Positions 53,507 to 63,099 of a stretch of DNA of 64,000 bases are shown one piece after another; position 1 is the first letter of the stretch; each line of letters begins with the position of its first letter. The notes beneath the pieces are model-generated. The model was not told where the DNA came from, made no database searches, and saw only the letters and a list, made by a program, of their open reading frames with translations. The translations under genes and the position numbers were made by a program. Source of the stretch: an uncultured delta proteobacterium (lineage in GTDB: Bacteria; Desulfobacterota; Syntrophia; Syntrophales; UBA2185); assembly GCA_963729715.1 (NCBI GenBank), contig CAVSPA010000004.1, positions 1-64,000 of the forward strand. Direction: 5' to 3'.

Positions 53507-53944
53507 TCATGGAGGAATGTTCTGCAACGCCCAGTAGGAACCGATTTCGGTGACTATCTTGATGAAATCCTCATAGAAGACAGGTTTTGTGATATAGCTG
53601 TTGGCACCAAGCCGGTAGCTCTCCAATCTATCCCGGTCTTCAAATGAAGATGAAAAAACCACTACAGGGATCATTTTTGTCATTTCGTTCGCTCTGATTG
53701 TCTGAAGAAGCTCAAGCCCGTCTATTTTCGGCAACCTCAGATCAAGCAGGATCACACAGGGTTGTTGATATGAATCACGACCAGAAAATTCTCCGGTTGC
53801 AAAAAGATAGTCTAAAACTTCTTCGCCTTCTCGAAAGACTTTGACCCTATCGGCCAGGTTATGTTTCTTAAGAGCTTCAAGCATGAACTCCACGTTATAT
53901 TTATTGTCTTCTACAAGCAAGATATCCAGCATATGTCCAAGCAA
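53507..53944 (-). CDS. Single-domain response regulator (Rcp1-like)
   Basis: ILLVEDN, ILLDLRLPKIDG, GANSYITKP, YW C-terminal motif. Confidence 0.92.
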   Translation of the reverse strand: MLGHMLDILLVEDNKYNVEFMLEALKKHNLADRVKVFREGEEVLDYLFATGEFSGRDSYQQPCVILLDLRLPKIDGLELLQTIRANEMTKMIPVVVFSSSFEDRDRLESYRLGANSYITKPVFYEDFIKIVTEIGSYWALQNIPP

Positions 53945-54589
53945 ATATACTTCTTCTTGAATACTTTTTTAAATTAATAGTATGGCAAGACTGGGTGAAT
54001 GTCCATCGGGCAATACACTATTTGAATGTTCTAAATTCCTCAACTTAATAGCAATTAAAGGATTAACTGAAGATCTTGCCGGAATGTCCCATGAAGATGG
54101 AATTTACGAGAAGTATTCCAGCCGCTGCCGTAATCTTTCTGCTGGGACTTAATTTCGCACAAATGCTATCTCAATCCTTGATATTGTAAGCGGGAGGAAT
54201 GCATGTCCTGCTGTTATAACTTTCACATTTCACTAAACAATTTGCCTAATTGTGCCGCAAATAAGCTGCGTTTGCAAAAATTTGCTCAGAAAATGTTGTA
54301 TAGGTGCGAGAGGTGTGATATGTTCGTACCCAAGTAACATTACAGACGGCTGCATATGCATTTAGAATCTTGATTCCTGAATGCGTATATCCATTTGCAG
54401 ACGTAGGGTGGGCTGCAGGGTATGTCTCTGTTTAGGCCTCATTATCCCGGTTACTTAATTTTCCTGCCTGTTGAAGGAAGCGCTTTGGAGCACTTGCTTT
54501 TTTGTGGGGCCGTTCAATTCTATTCGTCTTCTTTTTTTTGACGGGCGTTTAGCGAAAACTAATTCACTGAACATTGCGTGTGTGGGGGC

Positions 54590-54823
54590 ATGGATATGAT
54601 TATAGTGAAGGGGAAAACGCATTACACAATTGTTGATGCTGCTGACCGGTTGGGTGTCTCAGCCAAGACTATCAGAGATTATATTCAGAGGGGCATTATT
54701 CCGGAACCGCCGGAAATCAAATACGGCGTCCGGATACTGAAACATTTCCCCATTGATTACATTGATTTGGCTAAAGTTCATTTAGATAATTACCGAAACA
54801 CCAAGAACGAGAAAAGGCGTTAA
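54590..54823 (+). CDS. Small MerR-like/HTH_17 DNA-binding protein
   Basis: YTIVDAADRLGVSAKTIRDYIQRGIIP. Confidence 0.8.
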   Translation: MDMIIVKGKTHYTIVDAADRLGVSAKTIRDYIQRGIIPEPPEIKYGVRILKHFPIDYIDLAKVHLDNYRNTKNEKRR

Positions 54824-54893
54824 GAGACACTCTTTCTGCCTCGTGACACGATTTGCAGCAGGATCGAATTAACCTAAAAAGAGGAGCCTTCCC

Positions 54894-56780
54894 TTGGCCC
54901 GTTTGAAAGAAATCAGTTCCACAGAACGACTTCTTGATATCATTCGCAACAAAAAAGATGATATAAGGACTGGACCTCTGGACACATCCAAGATTGATCC
55001 GCCCAAGAAACTATTCAGATTCTCCCGCCCAAGAATTGCTTCCGGTGAGAAGAAGGTGACTATCGGCATTGATATCGGCCATGAATACTTGAGAATGGTA
55101 AAGACTGCCAGATCAGCCGATAATCGCTGGGAATTGCTTGATTACAAGAGCGTGCCATTCGCTCATGTAACCACCCGGAAATCACCCGAATTCAGCGATT
55201 TCTTAAGATCTGAATTGGGTAAATTCTACGGCAATATCAGACATGCAAATCTGTGGGCTATCATGTCCGCAGCAAGGGTGAATGTGCGCCACATCGTTAT
55301 CCCCAAGGTGGCCAAGAAACAAATTGAAAATGCCGTTTATTGGACGATAAAAAAGGAGACGCCTTTTGACGATAAGGATACGGTCTTCGATTTTGAAATA
55401 CAGAGGGAAGTTACCGAACAGGGCATAGGCAAATGGCTAACAATGGTTTATACGGCGCCCCGGGAGGAAATTGACGAATTAAAGGGGCTGTTTTCACAGA
55501 TCGGGTTGCCGCTAACCGGCATATCGATCACGCCCTTTGCAATCCAGAACTTATTCAAGACGGAATGGATTCCTCCGGCTGTTGAAGGCACAGTGGCGAG
55601 TCTTTTTATCGGCAATGATTTTTCCCGTATCGATATATTTTCTAAAGGGAAGCTTATTATGACCCGTGGCATAAAAGCGGGCATAAACAGCATGGTCGAA
55701 TCATTGATGGAAAGGTTTGGCACGGAGCGTAAAGAAGCAGCGGGGAAGGATAGGAGCCTGCCGCCAATAAGCTTTGAACAGGCGAAAAAGGTGCTCTTCA
55801 GCCTGAGTCCTGACTCTGCCCCTTTAATCGAGAACGATATCGGCTTCGGGCTTGCAGATGAAGAAAAATTCGATACCATTCTGCCTGCCCTGGAGAGGGT
55901 AGTCAGACAGGTGGAGCGAACCTTTGAGCATTATACAGGCGGTCACAATTATGACATGGTCAGCAGAATCTACGTATCGAGCGCCATGAATATTTCACAG
56001 CCTGTCATAGAGTATGTAGGTAATCAATTGGGCATTAAGAGCGATATATTGAATCCCCTCAAGTTCAAGATATCCAACATAGGCAGAAGCATGGAGCAAA
56101 CCAGTGTCTCTGAAATACTTGCCCTGATTCCGGCTTTTGGGCTTGCACTGTCCGACAACGCTTACACACCAAACCTGATGTTTAGATTCAAGGACAAGGA
56201 ACGGGAAGCTAGTATCACACGCGCCAACCGAGTCATTTTTGCCGTATTCCTTGTTGTTCTGGTCGTATGTTCTGGCTTCTTGTTAATTGAAATTGAAAAG
56301 ACCCGTGAAAGAGAAACTGTAATAGCACAACTTGAAAAGCAGTTGTCGCAGTATAAACCCCGGGTCGACCAGAACCTGATATCGGGAATGCTCTCGAGCT
56401 CGGGCAGACAGCATCAGCTTGAGAGGACTTACGTAGACAGATATCTCGGCATGGCGGTTATCGGTGAATTGTCTTTGATGACCCCGCCAAATATCCGTCT
56501 TATTGACCTGAAGGTGCGAATGGGAGCCGCTCAGCCGGGCAAGATAACGGCGAAAGAGACTAAGAAAGAGGCCGCTCGTCCAAAAGAAGAAGCGAAGAAC
56601 GTCACGGTTGAAGGGGTTGTCTTTGGCGACCGCAAAGCGTTGGAGTCGTCGTTGGCCGGATATATAATGAAGTTGAAATCGTCACCTATGTTCAGTCAAA
56701 TCAGCGTACAAAAAAACAGCATAGAGCCGCTTAGAAATGATGATGTCCTTTATTTTGTTATTGAAATAAAACTGGCTTAG
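54894..56780 (+). CDS. Type IV pilus/T2SS assembly protein, PilM-PilN-like fusion
   Basis: IGIDIG actin-like start, VRQVERTFEHY, AFGLAL..NL junction, TM helix, ELSLMTPPNIRL and SSPMFS PilN motifs. Confidence 0.8.
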   Translation: MARLKEISSTERLLDIIRNKKDDIRTGPLDTSKIDPPKKLFRFSRPRIASGEKKVTIGIDIGHEYLRMVKTARSADNRWELLDYKSVPFAHVTTRKSPEFSDFLRSELGKFYGNIRHANLWAIMSAARVNVRHIVIPKVAKKQIENAVYWTIKKETPFDDKDTVFDFEIQREVTEQGIGKWLTMVYTAPREEIDELKGLFSQIGLPLTGISITPFAIQNLFKTEWIPPAVEGTVASLFIGNDFSRIDIFSKGKLIMTRGIKAGINSMVESLMERFGTERKEAAGKDRSLPPISFEQAKKVLFSLSPDSAPLIENDIGFGLADEEKFDTILPALERVVRQVERTFEHYTGGHNYDMVSRIYVSSAMNISQPVIEYVGNQLGIKSDILNPLKFKISNIGRSMEQTSVSEILALIPAFGLALSDNAYTPNLMFRFKDKEREASITRANRVIFAVFLVVLVVCSGFLLIEIEKTRERETVIAQLEKQLSQYKPRVDQNLISGMLSSSGRQHQLERTYVDRYLGMAVIGELSLMTPPNIRLIDLKVRMGAAQPGKITAKETKKEAARPKEEAKNVTVEGVVFGDRKALESSLAGYIMKLKSSPMFSQISVQKNSIEPLRNDDVLYFVIEIKLA

Positions 56781-56789
56781 AATTGAGTT

Positions 56790-57323
56790 ATGGAAAAAAT
56801 ATACGCAATAATTCCGAAGCGGAGCATCGTCATCTTGATTGCATGCATATGCGGTGTGCTTCTTATCGTTCTCGCCGGAATCGTGCCTCAGCAGATGGCC
56901 GTAGCACGCTTAGATAATAAGATTGCAGGTATCCAATTTCAGATCGAAGAGCAAAAGAGGCTTTACCCTTATTATCAATTGCTGCACGCGGGGCCGCCAT
57001 CCGGCAGGTCGAAGGTCTTGCCATTCCCTGCAAGGAACCCCCTTTCACGGACGAAGATAGATACAGTGCCCTCGATTATCAGAGAGCAGGCCCAGAAGGC
57101 CCATATCGATATGGTCGCTGCTTCTCCGGATCTGAATGCTTTAGGGGGAGAGCAAAAGGTTCTTCTGGTTAATGCAACTCTCAAGGGTGACTTTTTGAAT
57201 TTTCGCAAATTTCTCATCGGTCTCGGGGGAGTGTCTTGTCTCGAGTCTATTGAAGAAATACGTATCCAGCAAAATGAAGACAGCATGGAATTCAGGATGA
57301 AAATCTGGCTGGCCATTGCGTAG
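56790..57323 (+). CDS. PilO/GspM-like assembly protein
   Basis: Single TM, coiled coil, LKGDF.NF.KFL; operon position. Confidence 0.7.
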   Translation: MEKIYAIIPKRSIVILIACICGVLLIVLAGIVPQQMAVARLDNKIAGIQFQIEEQKRLYPYYQLLHAGPPSGRSKVLPFPARNPLSRTKIDTVPSIIREQAQKAHIDMVAASPDLNALGGEQKVLLVNATLKGDFLNFRKFLIGLGGVSCLESIEEIRIQQNEDSMEFRMKIWLAIA

Positions 57324-57402
57324 TACACCGGTTCATAAATATGGATTAGTCACGTGGGTCCTAAATTACGCAGGAGAATATTCGAAATGAACACATCATT
57401 CC

Positions 57403-57504
57403 TGTCATTTCGAAGGAGCAGCGCGACTGAGAAATCCTTGTCCCGAACGAAGAGAGGGATCTGTTCCAAAGAAAGAAAGATTTCTCACTACGTTCGAAAT
57501 GACA
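57403..57504. repeat. Palindromic extragenic repeat (GTCATTTCGAA...TTCGAAATGAC type)
   Basis: TGTCATTTCGAA..TGAGAAATC / GATTTCTCA..TTCGAAATGACA inverted repeats. Confidence 0.75.
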
Positions 57505-57617
57505 CCAGAGGGCGAGGAATGGTATTTTTCACTATTATGACAGTCTATCGGTCGATATGACACCTTAACAATATTGTGATGTATTTTGGGAAAATGATTT
57601 GAGGATGAAGGATTGAA

Positions 57618-58127
57618 ATGCCGAAATTGACAAGACAACAAATCATCATACTTTCCATAATGACTCTCGTCATATTGTTTGCCGTATATGATTTCTTCAT
57701 TGCTCCACGCTCGAAATCGGAGGTGATAGATGTTGGGAAAAAGACTTCCGAATTGGAAGTATTCTTAAGCGATATTACTTCAAAATTGCCAAAGGGGTCA
57801 CTGCCAACTGCTGATGCCTATGTACTGAGTCGCGCCGAGACAGAATGGGTGCACGATCCATTTTATGAGAAGAAATCCTTCCGGGAATGGGAGAAGCGCA
57901 AAGAACGGGCCAGAGCCGCTGGTGGAATCTCACAAAAAGTCACTTTCAGCTATTCGGGCTATTTAAAAGTCGGCAATAAGAATTTGGCAATTATAAATGG
58001 TGTGGAGTACGAAGCCGGTAATCCGATGGAAATCGAAGGATACGTCTTGAAAAAGATTTATCCAGACAAGGTCGTAATTGTTAACAAAAAAAGTGGAGCA
58101 AAATTTGATGTTCCTTTGCAGGAATAA
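57618..58127 (+). CDS. PilP/MshK/GspB-like protein
   Basis: N-terminal TM, DPF, AIING..Y..G, I.PDKVVI. Confidence 0.7.
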   Translation: MPKLTRQQIIILSIMTLVILFAVYDFFIAPRSKSEVIDVGKKTSELEVFLSDITSKLPKGSLPTADAYVLSRAETEWVHDPFYEKKSFREWEKRKERARAAGGISQKVTFSYSGYLKVGNKNLAIINGVEYEAGNPMEIEGYVLKKIYPDKVVIVNKKSGAKFDVPLQE

Positions 58128-58154
58128 TACAGGTAATGAGAGGGGGGATAGGCC

Positions 58155-59765
58155 TTGACTTGTTTTAAGTATAAGAAGAAACTTCGCTGCTTGACCGCTG
58201 TCCTTTTCCTCGGGATGCTTATTGTTGCCGGTTGTGCGGGCGACAATGTGATGACAAAGAAGGATCCTTTCTTCGATAAATGGCAAAAAATGGCTGACAC
58301 AGCAACGGGACACACGCCTGCGCCCAGGTCTCGTGAAACAATTCGAGAGTTGGTGAAAATGGAGCAGGAACGTCTGAAAGCGGAAAAGGAACTTGTTGGC
58401 GGAAGAGGTCTGCCTGACACGCCGATCAGCCTGAAGATCCGCCAGGCTGATGTAAAGGTCGTCCTTCGATCCTTGGCGCGAATTGTAGACCAGAACGTAT
58501 TGATCCGAGATGATATAAAGGCAGAAGTGAGTATTGATTTCAAAAATACTCCCTGGAACCAGGCATTCATCAGCATTCTTAAGAATCAGGGTCTGGCATA
58601 TGAGTGGGAAGGCAACATTATCAGGGTGATGACAATAGCGGACAAGGAACAGGATCTGAAGCGGAAAACCCAGAACAAAGATGAGTTGCTGGTGGAGCCG
58701 CTCATCACAGTGTTCATTCCGATTGACTATGCGGGCACGAAAGACTTAAGAGAAAATCTTAATGATTTGCTCACAAAAGATAAGGACGGCAAGCCGCGCG
58801 GATCAATAAGAGCGGATGAGCACAGTCATGGTCTTATTCTCAATGCGATACGCAATGATCTGGAAAAAATGATTCCCATTATAGAACAGATCGATAAACC
58901 TACGCATCAAATTTTAATCAAGGCCAACATTGTTGAAACCACGAAAAATACCGCGAGAAATCTCGGTATCCAGTGGGGTGGGTGGTATAATACAGGCAAT
59001 TTATATGTGACTCCGGGCGGGACAGGCCCCATTCCGGGTACTCCTGTCTATGGCTCCCCCGGCCTGAGCGGTTATGGTTTCGGCGTGAATTTTCCCGCGT
59101 CCTCAGCGGCGATGACTGCCGCCGGAGGCGCAGGTTCTTTAGGACTCATGTTCGGGACGGTTGGCGGCAATATCCTTGAAATGCAATTGCAAGCTCTTCA
59201 GCAGGACGGCAAATTGAATATCCTCTCCACCCCATCGATTACCACCATGGACAATCAGATGGCCTATACGCTGAACGGGGAGCGCGTGCCATATGTTACA
59301 CAGTCAGTGAGTCAGGGCGTTGTAACAAACACGGTCACCCTAGTGGACGTTTCTCTCCGTCTGGAGATTACACCCCATGTGATTGAGGGGCAAAATCTCA
59401 AGATGAAGGTTATCGTTATGAAAGATGAAGTGGATACATCACTGGTCGTTTTGGGGAACCCGGGCATCACACACAAGGAGACGAGCACCAATCTAATCGT
59501 CAAAGACGGGGAAACAATAGTAATCTCCGGATTGACCAAACAGACGAAGCAAGAGGGAGAAAGCGGACTCCCCGGGCTCAAAGATGTACCGGTTCTGGGA
59601 TGGCTTTTCAAATCAGCGAGCAAGAGCGATATCATGGAGGAAGTTCTCATTTTCATTACTCCCACGATACTGCCGATCCGGACGGCTGCTGCCGTTTCAG
59701 GGAAGCCCGTAAAAGGCGCTGAGGGATCTCCCGCGGAGCCATCTCCGGCCGTGCCTGCGCAATGA
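58155..59765 (+). CDS. Secretin (PilQ/GspD/MshL family), lipoprotein
   Basis: VAGC lipobox, QILIKANIVE, LGIQWG, ILSTPSI, LEITPHV, GETIVISGL, PVLGWLF, IFITP. Confidence 0.92.
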   Translation: MTCFKYKKKLRCLTAVLFLGMLIVAGCAGDNVMTKKDPFFDKWQKMADTATGHTPAPRSRETIRELVKMEQERLKAEKELVGGRGLPDTPISLKIRQADVKVVLRSLARIVDQNVLIRDDIKAEVSIDFKNTPWNQAFISILKNQGLAYEWEGNIIRVMTIADKEQDLKRKTQNKDELLVEPLITVFIPIDYAGTKDLRENLNDLLTKDKDGKPRGSIRADEHSHGLILNAIRNDLEKMIPIIEQIDKPTHQILIKANIVETTKNTARNLGIQWGGWYNTGNLYVTPGGTGPIPGTPVYGSPGLSGYGFGVNFPASSAAMTAAGGAGSLGLMFGTVGGNILEMQLQALQQDGKLNILSTPSITTMDNQMAYTLNGERVPYVTQSVSQGVVTNTVTLVDVSLRLEITPHVIEGQNLKMKVIVMKDEVDTSLVVLGNPGITHKETSTNLIVKDGETIVISGLTKQTKQEGESGLPGLKDVPVLGWLFKSASKSDIMEEVLIFITPTILPIRTAAAVSGKPVKGAEGSPAEPSPAVPAQ

Positions 59766-59772
59766 AACAGTT

Positions 59773-61329
59773 ATGGATTATTTCAAGATTCTAAACCTGA
59801 ATAAGGAGCCCTTTTCCAATTCTCCGGAACCGGAGTTTTTCTTTCAGTCGGTCAAACATCTGGGCTGCCTGCAAAAGTTAGAACTGACCGTGCGTCTCCG
59901 CCGGGGATTGAGTGTCGTAGTAGGGGAGGTGGGGACGGGGAAAACTACCCTGTGCCGCCAGCTAATCTTGAAATTTGCTGCATCTGAAGAAGATAGAAAG
60001 CAGATAGAAACGCATCTTATCCTGGATCCGTCGTTCACGAATCCCCTCGAATTATTGTCAACAGTTGCGGCGTCGTTTGGCGTGGCCAATTCCGGCAGCG
60101 GGATTAGCGAATGGCAACTCAAAGAAAATATCAAGAATTATCTTTTTGGCAAGGGTGTTGATGAGGGGAAGATTGTAGTTCTCATCATAGACGAGGGACA
60201 AAAGCTTCCTGACTTCTGTCTTGAATTACTGCGTGAGTTTCTCAACTACGAAACAAATGAATTTAAGTTGCTCCAAATAGTCATATTTGCCCAAAAGGAG
60301 TTTGAGCAGATTCTTAAGAAGCAGAAAAATTTTGACGATCGGGTCAACTTTTACTACCTTCTCAGGCCACTCAATTTCCTCGAGACTCAGGGCATGGTAA
60401 AATTCCGCATAGCGAAGGCGAGCGAGACAGAAAAGACTCCGTCGCTCTTCTCGTATCCGGGTTTATGGGCGTTGTATCTGGCCACGGGAGGCTATCCGAG
60501 AAAGATTGTCACACTCTGTCATCAGGTTATGCTTGCACTGATTATCCAGAATGGATCAAAGGCTGGCTGGTTTCTCGTTCGTTCCTGTAGTCGCCGGGTT
60601 TCCGATAAAAGGAAGGTTCTTAAATGGGTGACTGCAACTGTTGTTGTCGCCATTATTGTCATTGCAACGATGGCAGGATTTTACCCTGAGACAATATTTG
60701 GAATATGGCCAGACCGTGAAACGTCGGGGATAACAAGAACTGAAGTCATGACGTCAACGGGACAAGCCTCTCCCGGCCAGTCGGTTCAGACTGCATCGAC
60801 GCCTGTTGCAGAGGCGAAAGCGTTAAATGGGGCTGACATACAGTTATCCAATAAAACAATGCCGGAACTTCTGGGAAAGGTGGAATTGAAGAGCGGCAGA
60901 ACCATCTGGCGGCTACTCAATGACTTCTATGGCGATTTCGACAGGGAGCAACTGAGAAAAGTAGCCAGCGCCAATCCGCACATCAAGAACTTAAGCAGGG
61001 TAACCGCGGGTGAGATAATTGAATTGCCTGCCATTCCCTCCAAGTCTAATCCCCTCGCATCGGGGAAATGTTGGGTACGCATAGCGAGAAGCGAAAAAAT
61101 AGAAGAAATTTACGAATTGTACAAACATTATCAGCCCGCTTTACCGTCTTTGAACTTTCTTCCATACTGGAATAGCAGAGAAGGACTGGCGTTTGCTATT
61201 GTTTTGAAAGATGGTTTCTCGAACATCGAAGATGCCCTAAGTGCGGCCAGGAGGTTGCCGCAGCCACTTGCAGGAAATGCAGAAGTTTTCGCAAAAGTGA
61301 GCGATGATACGATCTTCTTTAAAAGATAG
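59773..61329 (+). CDS. ExeA/MshM-like AAA ATPase with TM and periplasmic LysM/SPOR-like region
   Basis: EPFSNSPEP, GEVGTGKTT, IIDEGQ, TGGYPRKI; ANPHIKNL..V..G..I.LP. Confidence 0.88.
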   Translation: MDYFKILNLNKEPFSNSPEPEFFFQSVKHLGCLQKLELTVRLRRGLSVVVGEVGTGKTTLCRQLILKFAASEEDRKQIETHLILDPSFTNPLELLSTVAASFGVANSGSGISEWQLKENIKNYLFGKGVDEGKIVVLIIDEGQKLPDFCLELLREFLNYETNEFKLLQIVIFAQKEFEQILKKQKNFDDRVNFYYLLRPLNFLETQGMVKFRIAKASETEKTPSLFSYPGLWALYLATGGYPRKIVTLCHQVMLALIIQNGSKAGWFLVRSCSRRVSDKRKVLKWVTATVVVAIIVIATMAGFYPETIFGIWPDRETSGITRTEVMTSTGQASPGQSVQTASTPVAEAKALNGADIQLSNKTMPELLGKVELKSGRTIWRLLNDFYGDFDREQLRKVASANPHIKNLSRVTAGEIIELPAIPSKSNPLASGKCWVRIARSEKIEEIYELYKHYQPALPSLNFLPYWNSREGLAFAIVLKDGFSNIEDALSAARRLPQPLAGNAEVFAKVSDDTIFFKR

Positions 61330-61355
61330 ATAAAAGGGGACAGAGGTTAATCATA

Positions 61356-63059
61356 GTGACAGTTAAGAAGAAATTGGGTGAGATGCTCATTGAGGAACGA
61401 CTGCTCACAGAGGAGCAACTGACGAAGGCGCTTTCCGGGCAGGAGAAGGCAGGTCTAAAGCTGGGTCAGTATCTTTTCCGGCAGGGGATTGTTAGCGAGC
61501 AGCAGATAGCCGACGTTTTATGCAGGCAGTTGAGACTGAGGAAATATCATCCCGACACGTTTCCTTTCGACATTGAACTGGCGAATTTAGTTTCTTTAGA
61601 GGATGCCCAGAAGTTTCAGGTTGCGCCCTTAATGAGAAAAGGGCGTCTCCTGACCGTCGCGATGCTGGATCCTCTGGACATCAACGCACTGGACGTCTTG
61701 GAAATAGTCACAAATTGCGAAGTGGAAGCTGTTGTGTGCACGGAACGTGAACTGAACCAACTGATAAGCAGTATATATGGCACCCATTCGGGTCTGGGAG
61801 GCATCCTGGAGAGTATGGACATCGAGGCCCAGCCTGCTAAGGAAAAAGAGGAGGAAGAAGTTGCAGACGTTCAGGTGGCGTCGCTTCAGAATATGGCGGG
61901 AGAGGCGCCCATTGTCATACTCGTAAACTCCATCTTTGCTCAGGCGGTTCGTGAAGGAGCCAGCGATGTGCATGTCAGCCCGCAGAAGAACAGCATTCAA
62001 GTTCGGTTCCGTATAGATGGTAAGCTCCATGAGGTGCCCTCTCCGCCCAAAACGCTTTTTTGGCCCATTATTGCTAGGATAAAGATCCTCGCCAATATGG
62101 ACATTACGGTAACGAGAGTGCCTCAGGACGGGCGGTTTACTCTGAGGATGGAAAATAAGGAAATCAATGTCCGTGTATCTTCCATACCGACGATTCATGG
62201 TGAGAATGTCGTCCTGCGGCTCCTGGACACAAGCTCCGGCATTTATGCACTGGACCTCCTCGGAATGGTCAATGCAGACATAGAAAAGGTGAGGTCTATG
62301 ATAGAGAAACCTTATGGAATGATCTTAGCTACGGGACCCACCGGATGCGGAAAGAGCACCAGCCTTTATTCTATCTTGAATGAACTCAACAGGTCGGACA
62401 GCAATATCATGACTCTTGAAGATCCTGTTGAATACCGCATAGAAAACATCAGACAGATACAGTTGAACCGGAAAGCGGGAATGACTTTTGCCGGCGGTCT
62501 CAGATCCATACTTCGTCAGGACCCGGATATAATCATGGTGGGAGAAATTCGTGATGCGGAGACGGCCGCCATTGCCGTACAGGCGGCGCAGACGGGCCAC
62601 AGGGTTCTTAGCACCGTACACACCAATGACGCTGTGGGGGCTATAACAAGGTTTATCGATATGGGGATTGAACCTTTTCTTCTCTCTTCAACGCTACTCG
62701 TATGTATTGCTCAGCGTCTGGTGCGGACTGTCTGCCCCTATTGCAAGGAACCCTATAATCCGCCTGATAAGATACTTGCATCATGGGGCCTGGAAAATTG
62801 GGATTCCGCAAATTTTCAGCGAGGCAGAGGATGCAACCAGTGCTTCAACACCGGGTATAAGGGACGTACGGGTTTGTTTGAGGTGCTTATTAATGACGAG
62901 ATGATTCAGGATCTGATCATTAAGAAAAAATCGGCCCATGATATTGTACGCAAAGCTGTAGACTCGGGTAACCTCAAGACCCTGAAATATGATGCCGGCA
63001 ACAAGGTACTCAGGGGTATCACTACCCTCGAAGAAGCGAGTTCTGCGGTAATGATGTAA
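61356..63059 (+). CDS. GspE/PilB/MshE family assembly ATPase with MshEN-type N-terminus
   Basis: KLGEML...KLGQYL repeats, ASDVH, PQDGR, GPTGCGKST, LRQDPD..MVGEIRD, tetracysteine motif. Confidence 0.95.
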   Translation: MTVKKKLGEMLIEERLLTEEQLTKALSGQEKAGLKLGQYLFRQGIVSEQQIADVLCRQLRLRKYHPDTFPFDIELANLVSLEDAQKFQVAPLMRKGRLLTVAMLDPLDINALDVLEIVTNCEVEAVVCTERELNQLISSIYGTHSGLGGILESMDIEAQPAKEKEEEEVADVQVASLQNMAGEAPIVILVNSIFAQAVREGASDVHVSPQKNSIQVRFRIDGKLHEVPSPPKTLFWPIIARIKILANMDITVTRVPQDGRFTLRMENKEINVRVSSIPTIHGENVVLRLLDTSSGIYALDLLGMVNADIEKVRSMIEKPYGMILATGPTGCGKSTSLYSILNELNRSDSNIMTLEDPVEYRIENIRQIQLNRKAGMTFAGGLRSILRQDPDIIMVGEIRDAETAAIAVQAAQTGHRVLSTVHTNDAVGAITRFIDMGIEPFLLSSTLLVCIAQRLVRTVCPYCKEPYNPPDKILASWGLENWDSANFQRGRGCNQCFNTGYKGRTGLFEVLINDEMIQDLIIKKKSAHDIVRKAVDSGNLKTLKYDAGNKVLRGITTLEEASSAVMM

Positions 63060-63099
63060 AGATAAGATCAGGCACTGAGCAACAGGTAAGCCACCAATT

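Noticed and set aside
54300..54590. c-di-GMP-I (GEMM) riboswitch upstream of the pilus operon
   Set aside because: No GGCAAA...GAAA...GACGCAAAG consensus found on either strand.
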